A DNA stretch of 60,897 bases, filler included, from Piptocephalis cylindrospora (lineage: Eukaryota), in the NCBI GenBank assembly GCA_003614145.1. It is 13 parts of 13 records of this genome, joined end to end, with 100 filler letters (N's around TTAATTAATTAA, not from the genome) between each part and the next. Parts side by side here need not be neighbours in the genome. Positions count along the whole stretch, not along the records: positions 1 to 4,628 come from KZ988496.1; positions 4,729 to 9,352 come from KZ988497.1; positions 9,453 to 14,076 come from KZ988498.1; 10 more parts are not named here. One strand, given 5' to 3'. Of the stretch, positions 1-13,145 are shown piece after piece (positions within the stretch are counted from its first letter, which is position 1; each line of letters begins with the position of its first letter). The translations under genes were made by a program, and so were the position numbers. Under the pieces are notes generated by a model. It was not told the DNA's origin. It saw nothing but the letters and a program-made list of their open reading frames with translations, and ran no database searches.

Positions 1-445
1 ACGAAATATCGGTCGGGAATTGAGCATGTGTGACTTGAGGAGGAAAAAGAAGCGAGGGGGAAAAACAGGGTCAATCTGAGTACTTTTTCGGTTTGGATTA
101 TCAGTATTTCACTGGGGTTTTTGGGGGAGAGGGACGACTAGCTGACTGGCTCACACACCTCGCAACTGCCTTCAACGCAGAGTCGTCGGCCGTACTAATA
201 CACAGGAGAGAGTAAGCGGTAAGAAGGAAAACTAAGAGCGGACACGACGACCAGACATGGAACTGTGCACACTCACCCCCCTAGTAGAACGCTAAAGACC
301 CTCACCTCAGCACTACCCGTCTTTTCCCTTTCCTTTCCTCTTCTCCTCCCCCTCTCCAGCCTCTCCCGCCCATTTGGACCCCTCACCACAGGATCCAGCC
401 ACTCATTCCTTCCTTGTTCCCTTTCTTGGACCCATCCGTGCTGCT

Positions 446-1947
446 ATGAACGCCTCTTTTGTTCGTGTGGACACTAGTCCGGCTACTCAGGTAGGTGATG
501 CGATATTAGTGCTAGAGACAGACATGGGGGATTGGATGGGGCCAGACGCGCCATTTCTTATTCCTTCCTCATGTCATAGGCCACAGAGTATGCTACCATC
601 GTGGACCGTATTCAGGGTGATGATGCTTCCGTGTGGAGAGCCAAGGTCTCGGAGAACACCGAGCCCTCTACCTTGGCCGCCCTCCTTGTCCCCACCACTG
701 GGGATCTGCTTGCCTCCAAGGCCTCTTCGCAAGGTGGGCCTTTTTTCTTTTTTTGCCCCTGGTCTAGGTCTGTGACTGATCCTCTCCCCCCCTCCTCTTC
801 TCTTTCCCTTTCCCGATAGACATTGAAACGGCCTTCAACATCCTTTTGTGCTTGGTGGCCGTGGCTGATGACAAGCAGGAGGATGTCATTAGCGCTCTGA
901 TCAAGGGGATTGAATCCCCGATCGAGGGAAAGGGAAGGTCGGCCCTGCGTCTCCGCCTCCTGTCCAACCTTTACAATGCCCTGGATACCGCTTCTCCCTT
1001 GCGCCGGACCGCCTTCATGGCCATTGTCACTATCTCTACCCGGACCAAGCATGCCTCCCTCCTTCTCCCTCAGCTCTCTCTCCTGAATGCTCGGTGTGTC
1101 GAATGGAACTGTACTCCCCAGGAAAAGACCAATATCTACCTCACCATTGCCTCCAGCCTCCAGCCCACTCATCCCCTTGAGGCCCTGAGCCTGGAGCGGG
1201 AGATCCTGAAGGGAGATGGCCCCAAGGACACCAAGCTCTCTTCCTCCATCCTTACCAAGGCCCTGTCCACCCGAGGATTCTATGATCTGGAGGACCTGGC
1301 CTCTTTCCCCGCCATTACCTCCCTGAAGGGTGAGGTCATTGGACAGCTTCTTGAGCTCTTCCTCTCCGGAGATCATAGCCAGTATGAAGCTTTTGTCTCC
1401 AAGAACGCCAGTGCCTTGGATACTCTTGGTAAGTAGAGGAGACTGTGCTAGGGCATGCCATTCGCCTAGGATCATAGCTCATCCACTTTCCATAATGATA
1501 GGATACAACAAGGAGGAGGGTCTGTTCAAGTTCCGTCTCCTTCTTCTCTCCTCCCTCGGGGCCCAGCGTCTTAATGAGCCCATTGCTTATGCGGAGGTGG
1601 CCCGTGCCCTCGGGATCCAGGGAGAGGATGAGGATGAGGTGGAGGAATGGGTGATTAACCTGATCCAGGCTGGTCTAGCTGATGCCCGGATCCACCAGCT
1701 GGATTCGACGGTGACTCTGAGCCGTAGCACCCATCGGATGTTTGGCCAGGCCCAATGGCAATTCCTTCAGGAGCGTCTTACCACCTGGTCCTCCTCCCTC
1801 TCCTCCATCCTTACCCTCATTACTCAGACCCGGGAGAAGATCGAGGCCCGACCCATTCAAGAGGCCCCTCAGGAGGAGGAAGCGGCCGCAGAGACTCTGG
1901 AGGTGAAGGAAGGGCAGGCTGAGGCAACTCCTGTCTCCATGGCTTAG
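446..1947 (+). CDS. EIF3M: Translation initiation factor eIF3 subunit M (PCI domain); join(446..490,580..733,820..1428,1502..1947)
   Basis: Three GT-AG introns join into one frame of 418 codons. N-terminal part resembles eIF3m (LRLRLLSNLYNAL). C-terminal PCI winged-helix motifs IAYAEVARAL, VEEWVINLIQAGLADARIHQ and RMFGQAQW. Confidence 0.85.
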
Positions 1948-2424
1948 ACGAGCGCGCGCCTATGTGTGTTACCTTTGACTGGAGGGGAGGTATGGCTAGG
2001 GAAAGAGGAGGATGAGAGTGAGTGAGTGAGTGAGGAAGGGAGGGAGGGTTCGTACGTTTTAGGGGGTGTCTTTTTAAATACAAGCAAAAGGATGACCCAT
2101 TTCAAGCGATGCATGTGTACTGTCTTTGCTAATGGGGATGATCCTATTCTCGTTGCATATCCTTGTGCCGTGAAATCCATCTTAGAGCCTCATTTCTCTT
2201 TCTCTCTTGATGCATCATGAAACAACGCAATGATCGGATCAGTGCTCTCCTCTTTCCTTTCCTCTGTCGTACCAATTTACACTTGGTTTGGCCTTGACCA
2301 TCTGCTCAAACCAGATCCTGGGGTCAAATCTCCACTGTGCTGAGTCTGATTGGACATGAGGGGGCCCCCTTTCTTTTGATCCACATTCTTTTTTTCACCC
2401 TTTTATCTCCCTCCTACACCTGTC

Positions 2425-2435
2425 TGTGTGTGTGT

Positions 2436-2479
<44 letters not shown>
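2425..2479. repeat. (TG)n microsatellite
   Basis: Visible TG run with one interruption. Confidence 0.95.
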
Positions 2480-2482
<3 letters not shown>

Positions 2483-3093
2483 CTAGGGAGTGGAGAGATA
2501 GCTGGAGAAAAGAGTGTGATCCGTATAGCTGGGGATCACAGACAGGCGGGGCGGAGAGTAATGTACCATTATTGCTCATCGCTCCTCTGCCCTGACATGG
2601 AGGATATCTGAGGTCTTTAGCCTTCCTTTGGCCATAAGACCTGCACACACTGTCCATAGCCATAAGAGTCATTGCTCTAGACATGCCCATTCTGTAGGGT
2701 TGAATGAACGACGCCCCAGAACCATCCCCATCCGCTCCATCTGGACCAGTACTTTTTAGAATCTTCGTTGAAAAAGATGGGGCGGCCTTGAAAATTATAA
2801 GATGTGCGGGGCTCTGCCTCGTCCCTCATCCCCCTCTCCAAGCGCTGGGTAAAGGGATAGACGCGCGCACGCGTGTGTGCGGGTGTGTGGATGCGGATGG
2901 ATGCACGGCGGACTCACTCCCAGCCATCCTCCTCCTCCCCAACCCTCATTGCACCGCTCCACAGCTTCTCTCGCCCACCCTAGTTCCCCTATCCTTCTTT
3001 ACCCTTCTCCATCCTCTCCATCTCACCTCGGCCCTTTTCTCCTCTTCTCACACATCTCCCTCCTCCTCCGTATCCGACCCTTTCATCTTCACT

Positions 3094-4557
3094 ATGGTAA
3101 TGCCCTTGGGCTTGGGGAGGAGCTGGTTGGGGTCACCTGAGTGAGCCTGGGATCTCACTCGCCAAAGGCGATGTGGGTCCGCTCAACGGGGATCCCATCC
3201 CATTCTATATTCTCTTTTCCTCCTGATTCATCCTATTCTCACTCTTCTTCCCCTCTCCTCTCCCCATCAGTCTCTAAACCCCGTTCAGATTTTTGACCAG
3301 GAAACTACCGAGGAACGCGCCGAGAATGCCCGTCTGGTAAGCTGGCCTGGTCTTTGCCTTTTGGATACCCTGCCCTACCTAACCTCCCCTCCCCCCTCCT
3401 TGTAAAGTCCTCCTTTGTGGGAGCCATCGCCGTGGGAGACCTCGTCAAGTCTACCCTGGGTCCCAAGGGCATGGACAAGATTCTTCAGTCTACCTCGAGT
3501 GGCGCCGTCACCGTGACCAACGATGGAGCTACGATCCTAAAGTCCATTGCCCTGGATAATGCGGCTGCCAAGGTCCTAGTGAACATCTCCAAGGTCCAGG
3601 ATGATGAGGTGGGTGATGGCACCACGTCCGTGTGTGTCCTTGCCGCCGAATTGCTCCGTGAGGCCGAACGCCTTGTCTCCCAGCACATTCATCCCCAGGT
3701 CATCATCGAGGGCTTCCGCGCCGCCTCGGCCACCGCCCTTGAAGCTCTTGAATCCGCCGCCAAGGACCATTCTTCGGACCCTGCCTTGTTCCGCGAAGAC
3801 CTCATTAACATTGCTCGCACCACCCTGAGCTCCAAGGTCCTCAACCAGGATAAGGAGTACTTTTCTGAACTCGCCGTCGACGCCGTCCTCCGTCTCCGGG
3901 GTAGCACGTCCCTCGAGAGCATTCACATCATCAAGAAGGTCGGTGGTCGTCTTGCCGATGCTTATCTCGATGATGGCTTCATCCTGGATAAGCGCATGGG
4001 TGTCAACCAGCCCAAGAAGATCAAGAATGCCCGCATCCTCCTGGCCAACACGCCCATGGACACGGACAAGATCAAGATCTTTGGTGCCCGCGTCAAGGTG
4101 GATGCCACTGGAAAGCTTGCCGAGCTCGAACGGGCCGAAAAGGAGAAGATGCGCGAGAAGGTGGAGAAGATCAAGGCTCATGGGGTCAACGTCTTCATCA
4201 ACCGTCAGCTCATCTACAACTGGCCTGAGCAGCTCTTTGCCGACTCCAACATCCTCTCCATTGAACATGCCGACTTTGAGGGTATTGAACGGTTGGCCCT
4301 TGTCACTGGCGGAGAGATCGCCTCGACCTTTGATCACCCCGAACTGGTCAAGCTCGGAGAGTGCGAGAGCATTGAGGAGGTCATGATCGGAGAGGATCGA
4401 TTGATCCGCTTCTCCGGCGTCGCTGCCGGCGAGGCCTGTACCGTTGTCCTTCGTGGTGCTACTCACCAGCTCCTTGATGAGGCTGAGCGGTCCCTTCACG
4501 ATGCCCTCTCCGTCCTGTCCCAGACGGTCAAGGAGCCCCGGACTGTTCTTGGAGGTG
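3094..4557 (+). CDS. CCT2: Chaperonin CCT/TCP-1 subunit beta, 3'-partial; join(3094..3096,3271..3336,3408..4557)
   Basis: [49 protein letters not shown] and [10 protein letters not shown] motifs. A GTAAGT donor at 4558 is followed by the contig end. Confidence 0.95.
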
Positions 4558-4628
4558 GTAAGTCACTGATGAGGTTTATTTCTCGTGTATGTACATGGAT
4601 CTGCTCACTCCTTCCCTCCCATCACCCC

Positions 4629-4728
4629 NNNNNNNNNNNNNNNNNNNNNNNNNNNNNNNNNNNNNNNNNNNNTTAATTAATTAANNNNNNNNNNNNNNNN
4701 NNNNNNNNNNNNNNNNNNNNNNNNNNNN
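4629..4728. other. Artificial contig linker N44-TTAATTAATTAA-N44 (first of 12)
   Basis: Identical 100-nt linkers also at 9353-9452, 14077-14176, 18791-18890, 23497-23596, 28192-28291, 32883-32982, 37574-37673, 42263-42362, 46930-47029, 51593-51692 and 56252-56351. Confidence 0.98.
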
Positions 4729-5864
4729 ACAAGGAGCCCGTGTATTCTGTGGCCTTTTGCCCTAGTAATCCAAACCTGATTGCTTCTGGCGGAGGAAATG
4801 ATCACGCCTACATTTGGAACTGTCAGGATGGAGAGAAAGTGCATGATCTAAAGGGTAAGTGCGGTTGGACGCGCCAAAATTACACATCTACTCACCTCCG
4901 TGTACAGCCCACGCCGATTCGATTACATGTGTGGCCTTCAATGTCAATGGACAGTACGTGGCGACCGGAGGCATGGATGGATTTGTTCGCGTCTCCCGCA
5001 CGGATACTGGCGAATGCGTTCAGGAGCTTGAGCCGTCCGGCGAGATTATCTGGCTTCACTGGCATCCCAAGGGCAATGTTCTCTTAGCCGGGACGAATGA
5101 GGGAACCATGTGGATGTGGACGAGTATGTGTTTTTGGCCCTGCCTTCTTTATTCATCACCCCACTCATCTTTCCCCTTCTTTCCGCCCAGTCCCTACCGG
5201 AACGGTCATGCAGGTCATCTCTGGTCACTCGGAATCCATTACAGATGGCCGGTTCACCCACGACGGGAAGCGTATTGTCTCTGTATCGGAGGACTCCAGC
5301 TTTGGCGTGTGGGACCCAAGGACGGGAGGATCCCTGTGCCGTGTGTCCGGTCAGGAGGATGCTCGATTCCACCCCGAGTCCATTACATGCATTGCCCTGT
5401 CGCAGGATGATACATTGGCCTTGACGGGCTCGACCGATGGGACGGCCCGTTTGGTGCGCACTGAGACTGGCAGTATCCTCCAGTCCTTTGAGGCACACAC
5501 TGAGAGTGTGGAAAGTGTTGGATTCTGTGAGGTCCTGCCCTTGGCTGCCCTTGGATCCGTAGACGGGGGTATCTCCATCTGGGACATCAACACGATGAAG
5601 CTGCGTAAGACTGTCAAGCACGAGGACGCTGTGATCCAGATTCGCTGGCTACCCCAATCCCCCCTCCTATTGTCCTGCTCTGCTGACCGGACGGTCAGGC
5701 TATGGGACGCCCGAACCGGCGAATGTGTCCGAAAATGGATGGGTCATCAGGATTCGATCTTGACCATGGATGCGTACACCGAAGCCATCGGCGAGGAGGG
5801 TCATGCCCAGTTACATGTGGTCACTGGGTCGGATGATGGTTGCGCTCTTGTCTTTCGACGATAG
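4729..5864 (+). CDS. SQT1: WD40 protein, SQT1/AAMP-like ribosome assembly chaperone, 5'-partial; join(<4729..4854,4908..5123,5191..5864)
   Basis: Multiple WD repeats (ASGGGNDHAYIW, ATGGMDGFVRV, WLHWHPKGNVLLAG, VTGSDDGCALVF). Two GT-AG introns join the three ORF fragments in frame. Confidence 0.8.
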
Positions 5865-6102
5865 ATACGGGATGGGAGAAGGCGAGAAGGAAATGATGGG
5901 ATGGAAGAGGAGGTAGAATACATTCACTGCTCTATTCATTAACTGGGCATTTAACTAACTAACTAACTAAAGATCTTCCCCTGGTACGGTGTGTGGGTAT
6001 GTGTGGGCGCATATGTGCACCAAGCACACGAATAAAGAAGAGCTTGGCTCCCCTCTCCCCCCACACTCAATGCTCATTCAAAGAGAGGAAAGGAAAGAAG
6101 GC

Positions 6103-9100
6103 TTATCGACCTACCCGGGAGTTCCCTGGACGGGATCCGGCTTTACGGGGTCGAATATAAGCCTCACACCGCTTCATCAGCTCTTTGCTCGAAAGCTGCA
6201 AGCCGTTTGCGGTGATCTCGAGGAATCCAGGCTCCTTGAGGATTTGAGCAATCTCTGCTGGGACCTATCAAGTGGGGGGTAGGACAAGAGTGGGTAAGTT
6301 AGGATGATGAACCATCTGTATCATCAGAGCTAGAAGAATACATACCATGGCAAGTTCATCTTGGGACTCGAGCAGGGTAAGAACAACCTCATTGGCGTAA
6401 AAAGACTCGTCCCGAGAGGGGTCCTTGCTCTTGGAGTAAAGGATGTTGGGAGTGACGACGGTGGCCATGTTGGACAAATCCATCTTATTGCCCCGATCCT
6501 CGATTTCGGCGTACTGAGAAATCCAGCGGAAATGAGCTAAGAGAACCTCGAGGACATCTCGATTTTCCTCGGGGAGGAGGCAGTAGGCCAGATGAAGGAG
6601 GTGAACACGACCATCACTGACACTGTTACCCGGGCCGGAGGGGGAGGCAGGGTCGGGAAGGGAGGGGGAGGCGATACCCTCATCCTCCATTTTGCAGATG
6701 GTGATGAGTAGCCGATGGATTTTGTAGGAGAGCAGGGGGTCTGGGAGATCACGCAGAAATTTCTTGACTAGGGCAGCGATCTGAACAGCATTTTCCTTAA
6801 TGAGAAGACCAGTGATGGAGGAGAGAGATCCGCGACTTCGGTCGATGGTCTCGGTGAGCTCGCGAAGTCGACGAATATTTCCGTTCTTCCGATAGATCCC
6901 CTCAATGGTCACATCCTTTTCCCGAAGAGTGCCGATGGCGGCGGCCAGGAAGGAGGGAACCCTCAAGGGGATGGGACCAATACCAAAGGGGGCAGTGACG
7001 CCAGTTCGCTCGACCAAGACGTCCAGAGGGACACCAAAGGTGGAGGAGACTTTGGAGGAGGAAATGCCCGCGGGATGACTAGGATTATGATCACCCGTGT
7101 CGTTCCCGCCTCCTCCACCTCCACCACCGCCCTTGTTCATGGCGGACTTTAATCTACGCCAAAGGGAAGACCTTGACGGATCGACCAAGACCATGAGAGG
7201 ATCCATGGCATCGTAGTAGGAATCGAGCTTGGAGACGCATGGATGCATGAAGAGGACAGCAAGATGCCGAACTAGGGTGAGTTCAAGGGCCGTAAGCTCC
7301 GAGAGATACTTTCTCCTGGTGGGCGCCTCCCTTCCTTGCTTGGGGGAAGTAGAAGATGGAGCAGAAGCGGAGAAGGAGGAGGAGATGGTGGAGGAGGGGG
7401 AGGAAGAGGGAGGGAGATGGCCAGAGGAGGAGAGGGAGGTGACGGAGGTAGAAGTCATGGGACCGGAGGAAAGAGGGCCTCTTGGTCCCGGGGACGCAAT
7501 GTCAGAGAGACCAGTGGTGGTGGTGGAGGCCGTGGTGGAGACCGATTGGTGATGGACAATGGTACGACGTTTGGCCAATTGAGCCGAATTACTCAACCTC
7601 CTATCCAGACCCTCCACCTCATCTCTCCCGCGTCGACGGGAGGTGGAGGAAGCGGAGGTGGAGGTACCAGAAGGAGGGGCGGAGGAAGGATCAGGGTGAC
7701 CGGACCTTGGAGAGGTGGAGGGGCCCATAGCCCGAGTACCCTGTGGGCCATAAGGATGGGTTCTGGAGGAGGAGGGGGGAGAGGGGGAGGTGGAGGCGGC
7801 GGAGGTGGTAGTGTGGCCCCCCCAGGTAGAGGATGAGGGACCCATCCTGACAGAACCCCCAGGACCGATGGAGGATCCGGCGGTAGGATCAATGGGCAAG
7901 AGAGTGGGTCTGACGGGGGAAGAGGCCTGGGTAATGTGACCACCGCCCAAGGCGGCAGAGATGGAATCGGGGGCAAGAGCCTGTTGGGAGGACATGAGCT
8001 TGAGGATGAGGTGTTGCTGGGCAACGCGAAGGAGAAAGACGTATTGCTTGAGCTGGGAAACGCGGGTAAATCTAGCGGTGGAAATTTTGGATAACGGATG
8101 AGGGGAATCCTCACCCATATAGGAGGAGGGATCTACACTTCCGGATGAGGGGGAGGAGGAGGAAGGAGATGGGGCATGAGCAGGGCAATAGACATGACCT
8201 GTTTGCAGGTCGACTGAGGAGCCCGGACGAGTGAGGGGAAGGGTGAGGGTACGACGGCGTTCGGCCTTGGTCATACGCCTTCCCAGGGTATGGGGACGAG
8301 GACCAGGAAGTTGATGGGCCAGGTCGGCAGTTTGACCGGTTTGACCACTCATATGATCCAGTCGAGGGTTCCGAGCGAGAGAGGAGGTGGAGGAGACGGT
8401 GGAGGAGGTAGAGGAGGTAGAGGGAGATCGACCAAAGGCTTGTTGAACCTGGATTTGACGTTGGACATGCCTCTCTTCCCTACCTAAAACCAGGGGAACA
8501 CCACAGGTAACGCACATAAGACAGGTATCATGCCATCTCCATGGACCTGACCGAATGCACTGCTCCTCCAGGGTTTGTTGGCACCCGACGCACCGATCGG
8601 TGAGGGCGGCAAAAGCCCGGGCCTTGGCCTCCTCCTCCTCCCGGGTATGACATGGGCCAAAGAGGTCATCCTCCCCCGTGTCCCCTTCCTCCCCCTCCTC
8701 CTCTTCATCTTCCCCGACGCCCAGGCTAAAGCCTTGACCCGGGGACCTTGAGCCTTGGACACCACCTTTTTGGCCCTGGGGAGAGGAAGCCGAGGAGGGG
8801 GTGGTAGAAGTAATAGGGACCTGGCCCGGACTGGCTTGCATAACAGCCTCAACCTCCTTGACGGTCTCCTCTTCATCCTCCTCTTCCTCCTCCTCCTCCT
8901 CCTCGCCCTCGGCAATGGTCTCGACCATCTTCTTTTTTCCCCCTACCCTACCGTACTCTTCGAGCTCCATGAGCTTGGAGAGGAAGGCGGAGATGGTGGT
9001 GGTGGACCCATGTTCATTCTCCATACGAAGAGCACCTTTGAGTCCAATACGAATGAGATTCTTGAGGTAATGGGCCAGGCCAGTGACCAGGGTAATGAGG

Positions 9101-9200
9101 TCCTTGGTGGAGGAGAGTCTCTGGATTTCCCCTTCCTGGGTCTGGGACAGGAGAGTGAAAAAGTGGATGATGTTTTTGCATAGAAATTTAGGTTCTTTTG
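6103..9200 (-). CDS. LRG1: LIM-domain Rho GTPase-activating protein (Lrg1-like), 5'-partial; join(~9200..6346,6264..6103)
   Basis: RhoGAP motifs FGVPL, EGIYRKNGNIRRLREL, AALVKKFLRDLPDPLL and NKMDLSNMATVVTPNILY. LIM-type C-x2-C...WH-x2-C-x2-C-x2-C. The frame upstream of 9024 reads LVTGLAHYLKNLIRIGL, a Lrg1-family segment. Intron 6345..6265. Confidence 0.85.
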
Positions 9201-9235
9201 TATGGGGGAGACCTAAAGGAAGGAAAGAAGGGGAA

Positions 9236-9269
<34 letters not shown>

Positions 9270-9523
9270 TTTAATTGGGTGGGGCCTTTGGGGGGGGGGT
9301 GAAACAGCTTTTTAAGGGAGGAAAAAGGGGGTTCCGGGGGCGTTTCACCAAANNNNNNNNNNNNNNNNNNNNNNNNNNNNNNNNNNNNNNNNNNNNTTAA
9401 TTAATTAANNNNNNNNNNNNNNNNNNNNNNNNNNNNNNNNNNNNNNNNNNNNGGGGGGGGGGAAGGAGAGTGTGTAGGGCTGGGAGAAAGATAATGCTTG
9501 AACTTACCCTCCCTACGGGATAG

Positions 9524-11041
9524 ATCCACCTTGCTCGAGGATCTCTGTTTACGTATCTGGAGGTCAAATATAAGCAGAAGAAGCCAGATCTGGAGGAGGA
9601 GGGGACAATCGAGTCCCAGTTACTTTCTCATTTGCCCAAAGACACGACCCTGGATGCCGAAACCTTTCAGTCCCATCTCGAGAAAGAAGAGTTGACCTTT
9701 ACACCCCCAGGAACGTTGCTGCATACCCGATCGTACACGGATGAGAAAGGGAATGTAAAAACGGTCGAGTACTACAAAGTAAGGGAAGGGAGGAGGATAG
9801 TGTGCATTGTGATTCTTACCACCACTCATCATGATGACTCCCTAATCGTAATCGTCAGGCTTCATACCATGACACCGGGCTCAGGGAGTACTTTCGTCGA
9901 CTTCGACCCTTTTCGATCTTCTTTATTGAGGGAGCCTCTTATCCCGATGAGGACGATGACCAATGGGAGTTTATTCTAGCGTACGTCCTTGGATGATAAG
10001 GCGGCGCGACACGACTGGTGCCTTTATACTGACTCCTTCGAGTAGGTTCGATGTGTTGAAGGATGAAGGGGAAGCGGGGAAAACCTGGGGAAGTGTTGGA
10101 TATGTCAACATGTATCCATTTTACCGATACCCCGATAGTTGGCGGATGCGGATTAGGTAAGAGGAGATCAGGGAAGAGGGGGAAAGGTAAACTTTTTAGT
10201 TTATGGAACGCTCACACGTCATCCTTCACGGTCAGCCAACTCCTCATCCTGCCTCACTACCAAGGCTTTGGACAAGGAGGTGAGTCAAGGGGGGAGAGCT
10301 TGAGGGCTTAAGGAAATACGCCATTATTAACTCTACTACTGCACTCTAGCGTACCTGTACGACTTGGTCATGTCAGAATTACGGGATCATCGAGAGGACA
10401 TTACTGAGATCAACGGTAAGCCCATTACCCTTTGGATGTAAGAAAGAGCATCCTAGCTCACCAAGCAACCTATTTTCCTTGACGAGCAGTGGAAGATCCA
10501 AATGAGGCGTTTGCAGACATGAGAGACAAGAGGGATGTGGCATTTCTAGCGAAGAAGCAAGTTGTCCAGGGGCTGGAGGCACCCCTGTCCCGGGAAAAGG
10601 TGGAAAAGTTAAAGGAGCAGTACAAGATGAATCGGGTATGCGCTATCATGCTTCTTTATGTCAATCGGGAAGGGGAAGTGCGTCTGACCACTCACGCTGA
10701 CATGAATGTAGAGGCAATTAGAACGGTGTCTGGAAATCCTCCTTCTCCGACCTCTACGATCTAGTCGAGAGGAACGGCGGATGAAACCCTATCGACTCTC
10801 CGTAAAACGACGACTCTATCGACACAACCGGGTAAGTGATTCTTGGGATGGAGGTAGAGAGAGCGACGGCTTATCCCATCCTCGTATATCGTAGGAGGTG
10901 CTGCGAGACATGGAAACGGAAGAACGAGTGGAAAAGTTGGAGGAAACCTATCAAAATGTCGTGGAGGATTATCATCGGATCTTGGAGTCCCTTGCCTCGA
11001 GTGATGATGAGGAGGAGGGGGAGGAGGAGGAGGAAAAGTAA
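9524..11041 (+). CDS. HAT1: Histone acetyltransferase type B catalytic subunit, 5'-partial; join(9524..9778,9859..9980,10046..10156,10236..10279,10350..10415,10490..10635,10712..10831,10895..11041)
   Basis: Spliced product contains FFIEGASY, RMRISQLLILPHYQGFGQG, VEDPNEAFADMRD and YRLSVKRRLY. Seven GT-AG introns with compatible phases. Confidence 0.9.
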
Positions 11042-11305
11042 AGGGGATAAATGTGCTGTCTCCTTTCGAAAGAGAGGGTGAATGCAAGGCCAACCTCTCT
11101 TGATGTCGAATCATGGAATGGTAATGATTGGGGAATTGTTATGTCCATCGTTGTATGTGCTGTTTATGCAATCTGTAAAAGCTTGGTCGCACCCACCCAT
11201 TCAACACACATAGAGAGAGACAGACACGGAAAATGCCTTTATGAGAAGGGGAAGGGGGAAGCCAGCATAGAGAAAAAAAAAGTGAAACGAGGTTTTCCTC
11301 CACAT

Positions 11306-12520
11306 TCACTTGCGTTCATTATGGGACGTAGAAGGGGAGATGGGAGTGGGGAGAGGGGCCTTTTGAGCACAGATGATGTGGAGGGTAATGCAAGTCTTGA
11401 TCTGTTCACACTCATCCCAGAAGCCTCGGATCAGGTCCTCAAAGTCAAATGCAGCCATGGGGCCGAGAGAACGGGAGATGGAGGCTTCAAAGCCTTCAAA
11501 GTCCCTAGACATGATGTTCTTGAGGATGTCACCGGTGGGCCCGCCCCACTCGCCCAAGGGGATATCGAGTCGTCGGTAGGAGACGTTGACCAGACCCATC
11601 TCCTCGAGGCACAGATGTAGGCTAGAGACCATATCAAGATGGACGCCGGTGATGGCGCAGCACCGACCGATCTCGGCGGAGAGACGATCGGCAAAGGGGG
11701 CAGGGTCCATGGACTTGCGGGAGAAGGAGTAATCGGGCTCATGAAGCTCGAGCCAACCCCCGGGCTTGAGGAGACGGACATGCTCACGGAGGACGTCGGA
11801 CCACTTGGAGGAGGGGATGGACCGAACGAGGTTGCGCTGATGGACAAAGTCAAAGCGGGCATCCCGGAACATGAGACCCCGTAGGATATCCCCATACATA
11901 AGGTGGCAGTTAGAGGGGAGGTCATCCCCGAGGAACTCATCCCAGGAGGTTTGGAGATCCACGCCAAAGACCTGGGTATCCGCTCCTTGAGGGAGCATGA
12001 GGGCCATATCACGGGCCCAGGTTCCCACTCCAGCCCCGATGTCCAGGACACGGTGAAGGGAGGAGGGGTCAACGGGAGCCAGGTAGAGGCGACGGAGGAT
12101 GTGACGAAGAACGCCGTGGAGACGATCGAGTCTCTGGGCCTCATCCTCGTCCATGGGCATGACGCACCCGGAGAGACAGGAGGAGGAAGAGGAAGCCGGA
12201 GAGGGAGGATGGTCATGATAGGGGACGGTCAGGCCATTTGCCACGTCCCCACCAGCGCCATAGGGATGGGAGGGATAGCCAGCTAGGGCGTCGCCCTTTC
12301 CATTCTTGGTATGGTAGGCCCCCAGGGCATCCATCTTGTCAGTGGAGACAGGATAGATGACGGAGATGGTGGAGGACCTACGGGCTTTGCGCCTCGAGTT
12401 CCCCTGAAAGATGGAGGGGGTATGGGCGCGGGTCGACCGGCCCTTTCCGCCCTCGATGCCCTGGTGTCTTTGGGGCCGGGAGTGGGATCCATGACGGAGA
12501 GCGGAGGAGTGATTTCCCAT
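11306..12520 (-). CDS. Class I SAM-dependent methyltransferase (LaeA-like)
   Basis: PMDEDEAQRLDRLH, VLDIGAGVGTWA (motif I), FDFVHQR and LLKPGGWLELHE. Likely start is the ATG at 12520 (MGNHSS). Intronless. Confidence 0.85.
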   Translation of the reverse strand: MGNHSSALRHGSHSRPQRHQGIEGGKGRSTRAHTPSIFQGNSRRKARRSSTISVIYPVSTDKMDALGAYHTKNGKGDALAGYPSHPYGAGGDVANGLTVPYHDHPPSPASSSSSCLSGCVMPMDEDEAQRLDRLHGVLRHILRRLYLAPVDPSSLHRVLDIGAGVGTWARDMALMLPQGADTQVFGVDLQTSWDEFLGDDLPSNCHLMYGDILRGLMFRDARFDFVHQRNLVRSIPSSKWSDVLREHVRLLKPGGWLELHEPDYSFSRKSMDPAPFADRLSAEIGRCCAITGVHLDMVSSLHLCLEEMGLVNVSYRRLDIPLGEWGGPTGDILKNIMSRDFEGFEASISRSLGPMAAFDFEDLIRGFWDECEQIKTCITLHIICAQKAPLPTPISPSTSHNERK

Positions 12521-13102
12521 GCTGAGGGGGGAAGAGAGGAGGGGAGAGGAAGACACAAAAGGAGAGTAAGACAGAGAAGGGAAGGTAGGTAAAAGAATAT
12601 GCACTACAGGAAAGATAAGCTATTGAGGAGATGGAGGTGGAAGGAAAGGTTCTTCTATGGGAGGAGAAAGGGTAAACCAATGACGACTGAATGTTCAGTA
12701 GGACCGTTGGAAAGGCGATGGGAGAGATGGGGGATTCTATAGGAGAAGATGTAGAGGAGGATCAAGCAGACCAAGGTAATGGGGAGGGAATGACCGTCGA
12801 CTAAAGGTTAAAAAATGAGAAAGGGATGGGGGATGCCGTAGGTTCTTCTAAAAGAAGGTCTCAAGGAGAGTGTATCAAGAAGGCGGAGGGGGAGAAGAGA
12901 GGGGGGGAGGGGAGGGGAGGGGAGGGGAGGGGAGGGAAGTTGTATAACGAATGAAGAGAAGGTGAGGGGGCAAGGAGAAAAGGGAGCGGGGAGTAGGGAA
13001 TGGAGGAAAAAGTCACAGAGCTGAAAGGGTATTTATAGCCTAGTGTGGTGACTGAGTCGGCAAACCGCAGCAACGGGAATCAGATAGTGGAGAGAAGGAC
13101 TA

Positions 13103-13106
<4 letters not shown>

Positions 13107-13142
<36 letters not shown>
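13107..13142. repeat. (GT)n microsatellite
   Basis: Visible dinucleotide run. Confidence 0.95.

Positions 13143-13145
<3 letters not shown>

Noticed and set aside
4673..4684. Regularly spaced TTAATTAATTAA motif (every ~4.7 kb) as a biological repeat or recombination site
   Set aside because: Always centred in N runs of fixed length; it is a synthetic six-frame-stop linker.
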